From positions 3,410,001 through 3,474,000 of the forward strand of contig JBLDXI010000015.1 of NCBI GenBank assembly GCA_047495785.1: DNA of 64,000 nucleotides, given 5' to 3'. Shown in pieces: positions 63,311-64,000 of the stretch; position 1 is the stretch's first letter, and every line of letters begins with the position of its first letter. The translations under genes were made by a program, and so were the position numbers. Origin of the DNA: Lepidodermella squamata (taxonomy: Eukaryota; Animalia; Gastrotricha). The notes beneath the pieces were generated by a model, which worked only from the letters and a program-made list of their open reading frames with translations, did no database searches and was not told where the DNA came from.

Positions 63311-64000
63311 TCAGCAGCACTTCTTAGCCGGCTGCTGTTGCTCGGTCGGGGCGACGGGAATCGTGGGCAACTGCCGACTTTGGTCTTCTTCTCGGCCGTT
63401 AGCCACTTGCCTTTGACCCATGTGCCGGAAAATTTCTAAAAAAAATTAAAAAAAAAACTTTTAAAATACCGCCTTAATATAACGAAATATCTTTTAGCAG
63501 AGCCAAATTTAACGAGTTTGCACCGAACGAAAATTTTGGCAAATTTTTTCAATTCATTCTGGAAATGAATCCTGCAGATCGCGGAGATTTTACGGTCAAT
63601 AATTTCGATTTTTTCAATTTATCGTTAAATTCCAAAAATTATAAAAATTCATTGAAAAAAGAGCGAATTTGAGCCGGAATTGGGTTTCACTAAAGGCAAG
63701 ACGTGTAAAATAATTGTGAATAGTTTGCCTGTTAGAATATTGTGGAAAGCAGTTTCAACGTTTGTTGCATCGAGAGCGGACGTTTCGATGAATGAAAGGC
63801 CATTTTTCTCGGAGAATTGACGAGCCTCCTCGGTAGGAACGGCGCGCAGGTGCTTTAGATCAGATTTGTTGCCGACCAGCATGATGACGATGTTGGGATC
63901 GGCGTGGTCGCGCAACTCCCGCAGCCATCGCTCGCAGTTGTCGAAGGTGATGTGCTTAGCAATATCGTATACTAGGAGGGCGCCGACAGCACCACGGTAG
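63311..64000 (-). CDS. RAB11: Second Rab11-family GTPase; 3' part only, runs off the window
   Basis: [16 protein letters not shown]...[24 protein letters not shown]...[14 protein letters not shown]; intron ~63436-63729; ends KKCC*. Confidence 0.93.

Overview
Gene-dense eukaryotic DNA from a small-intron (mostly 45-60 nt) animal genome; the taxon cannot be fixed from sequence alone. In order: (1) a ~1,350-aa orphan gene of three tandem ~450-aa repeats, broken by a 7-bp duplication, then a telomere-like tract and a frameshifted kinase pseudogene; (2) two paralogous Cys-loop channels around an SLC28 nucleoside transporter; (3) two divergent, tightly packed housekeeping clusters, ETFDH>NBEAL>NUP43-like on - and PPxY membrane protein>COA5>RPE>IPO11 on +, with COA5 and RPE only 9 nt apart; (4) a hAT element nested in a Helitron remnant in an IPO11 intron; (5) four tandem JNK-family kinases with activation loops SPY, TEY, TSY and SNY; (6) a two-domain catalytically dead trypsin, a third Cys-loop channel and a small HSP with HSE and TATA; (7) a rearranged Rab locus with a Rab11 tandem amplification inside a ~7 kb inversion that splits an atypical Rab gene across both strands. 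All identifications come from manual motif reading and splice reconstruction; no searches were run.
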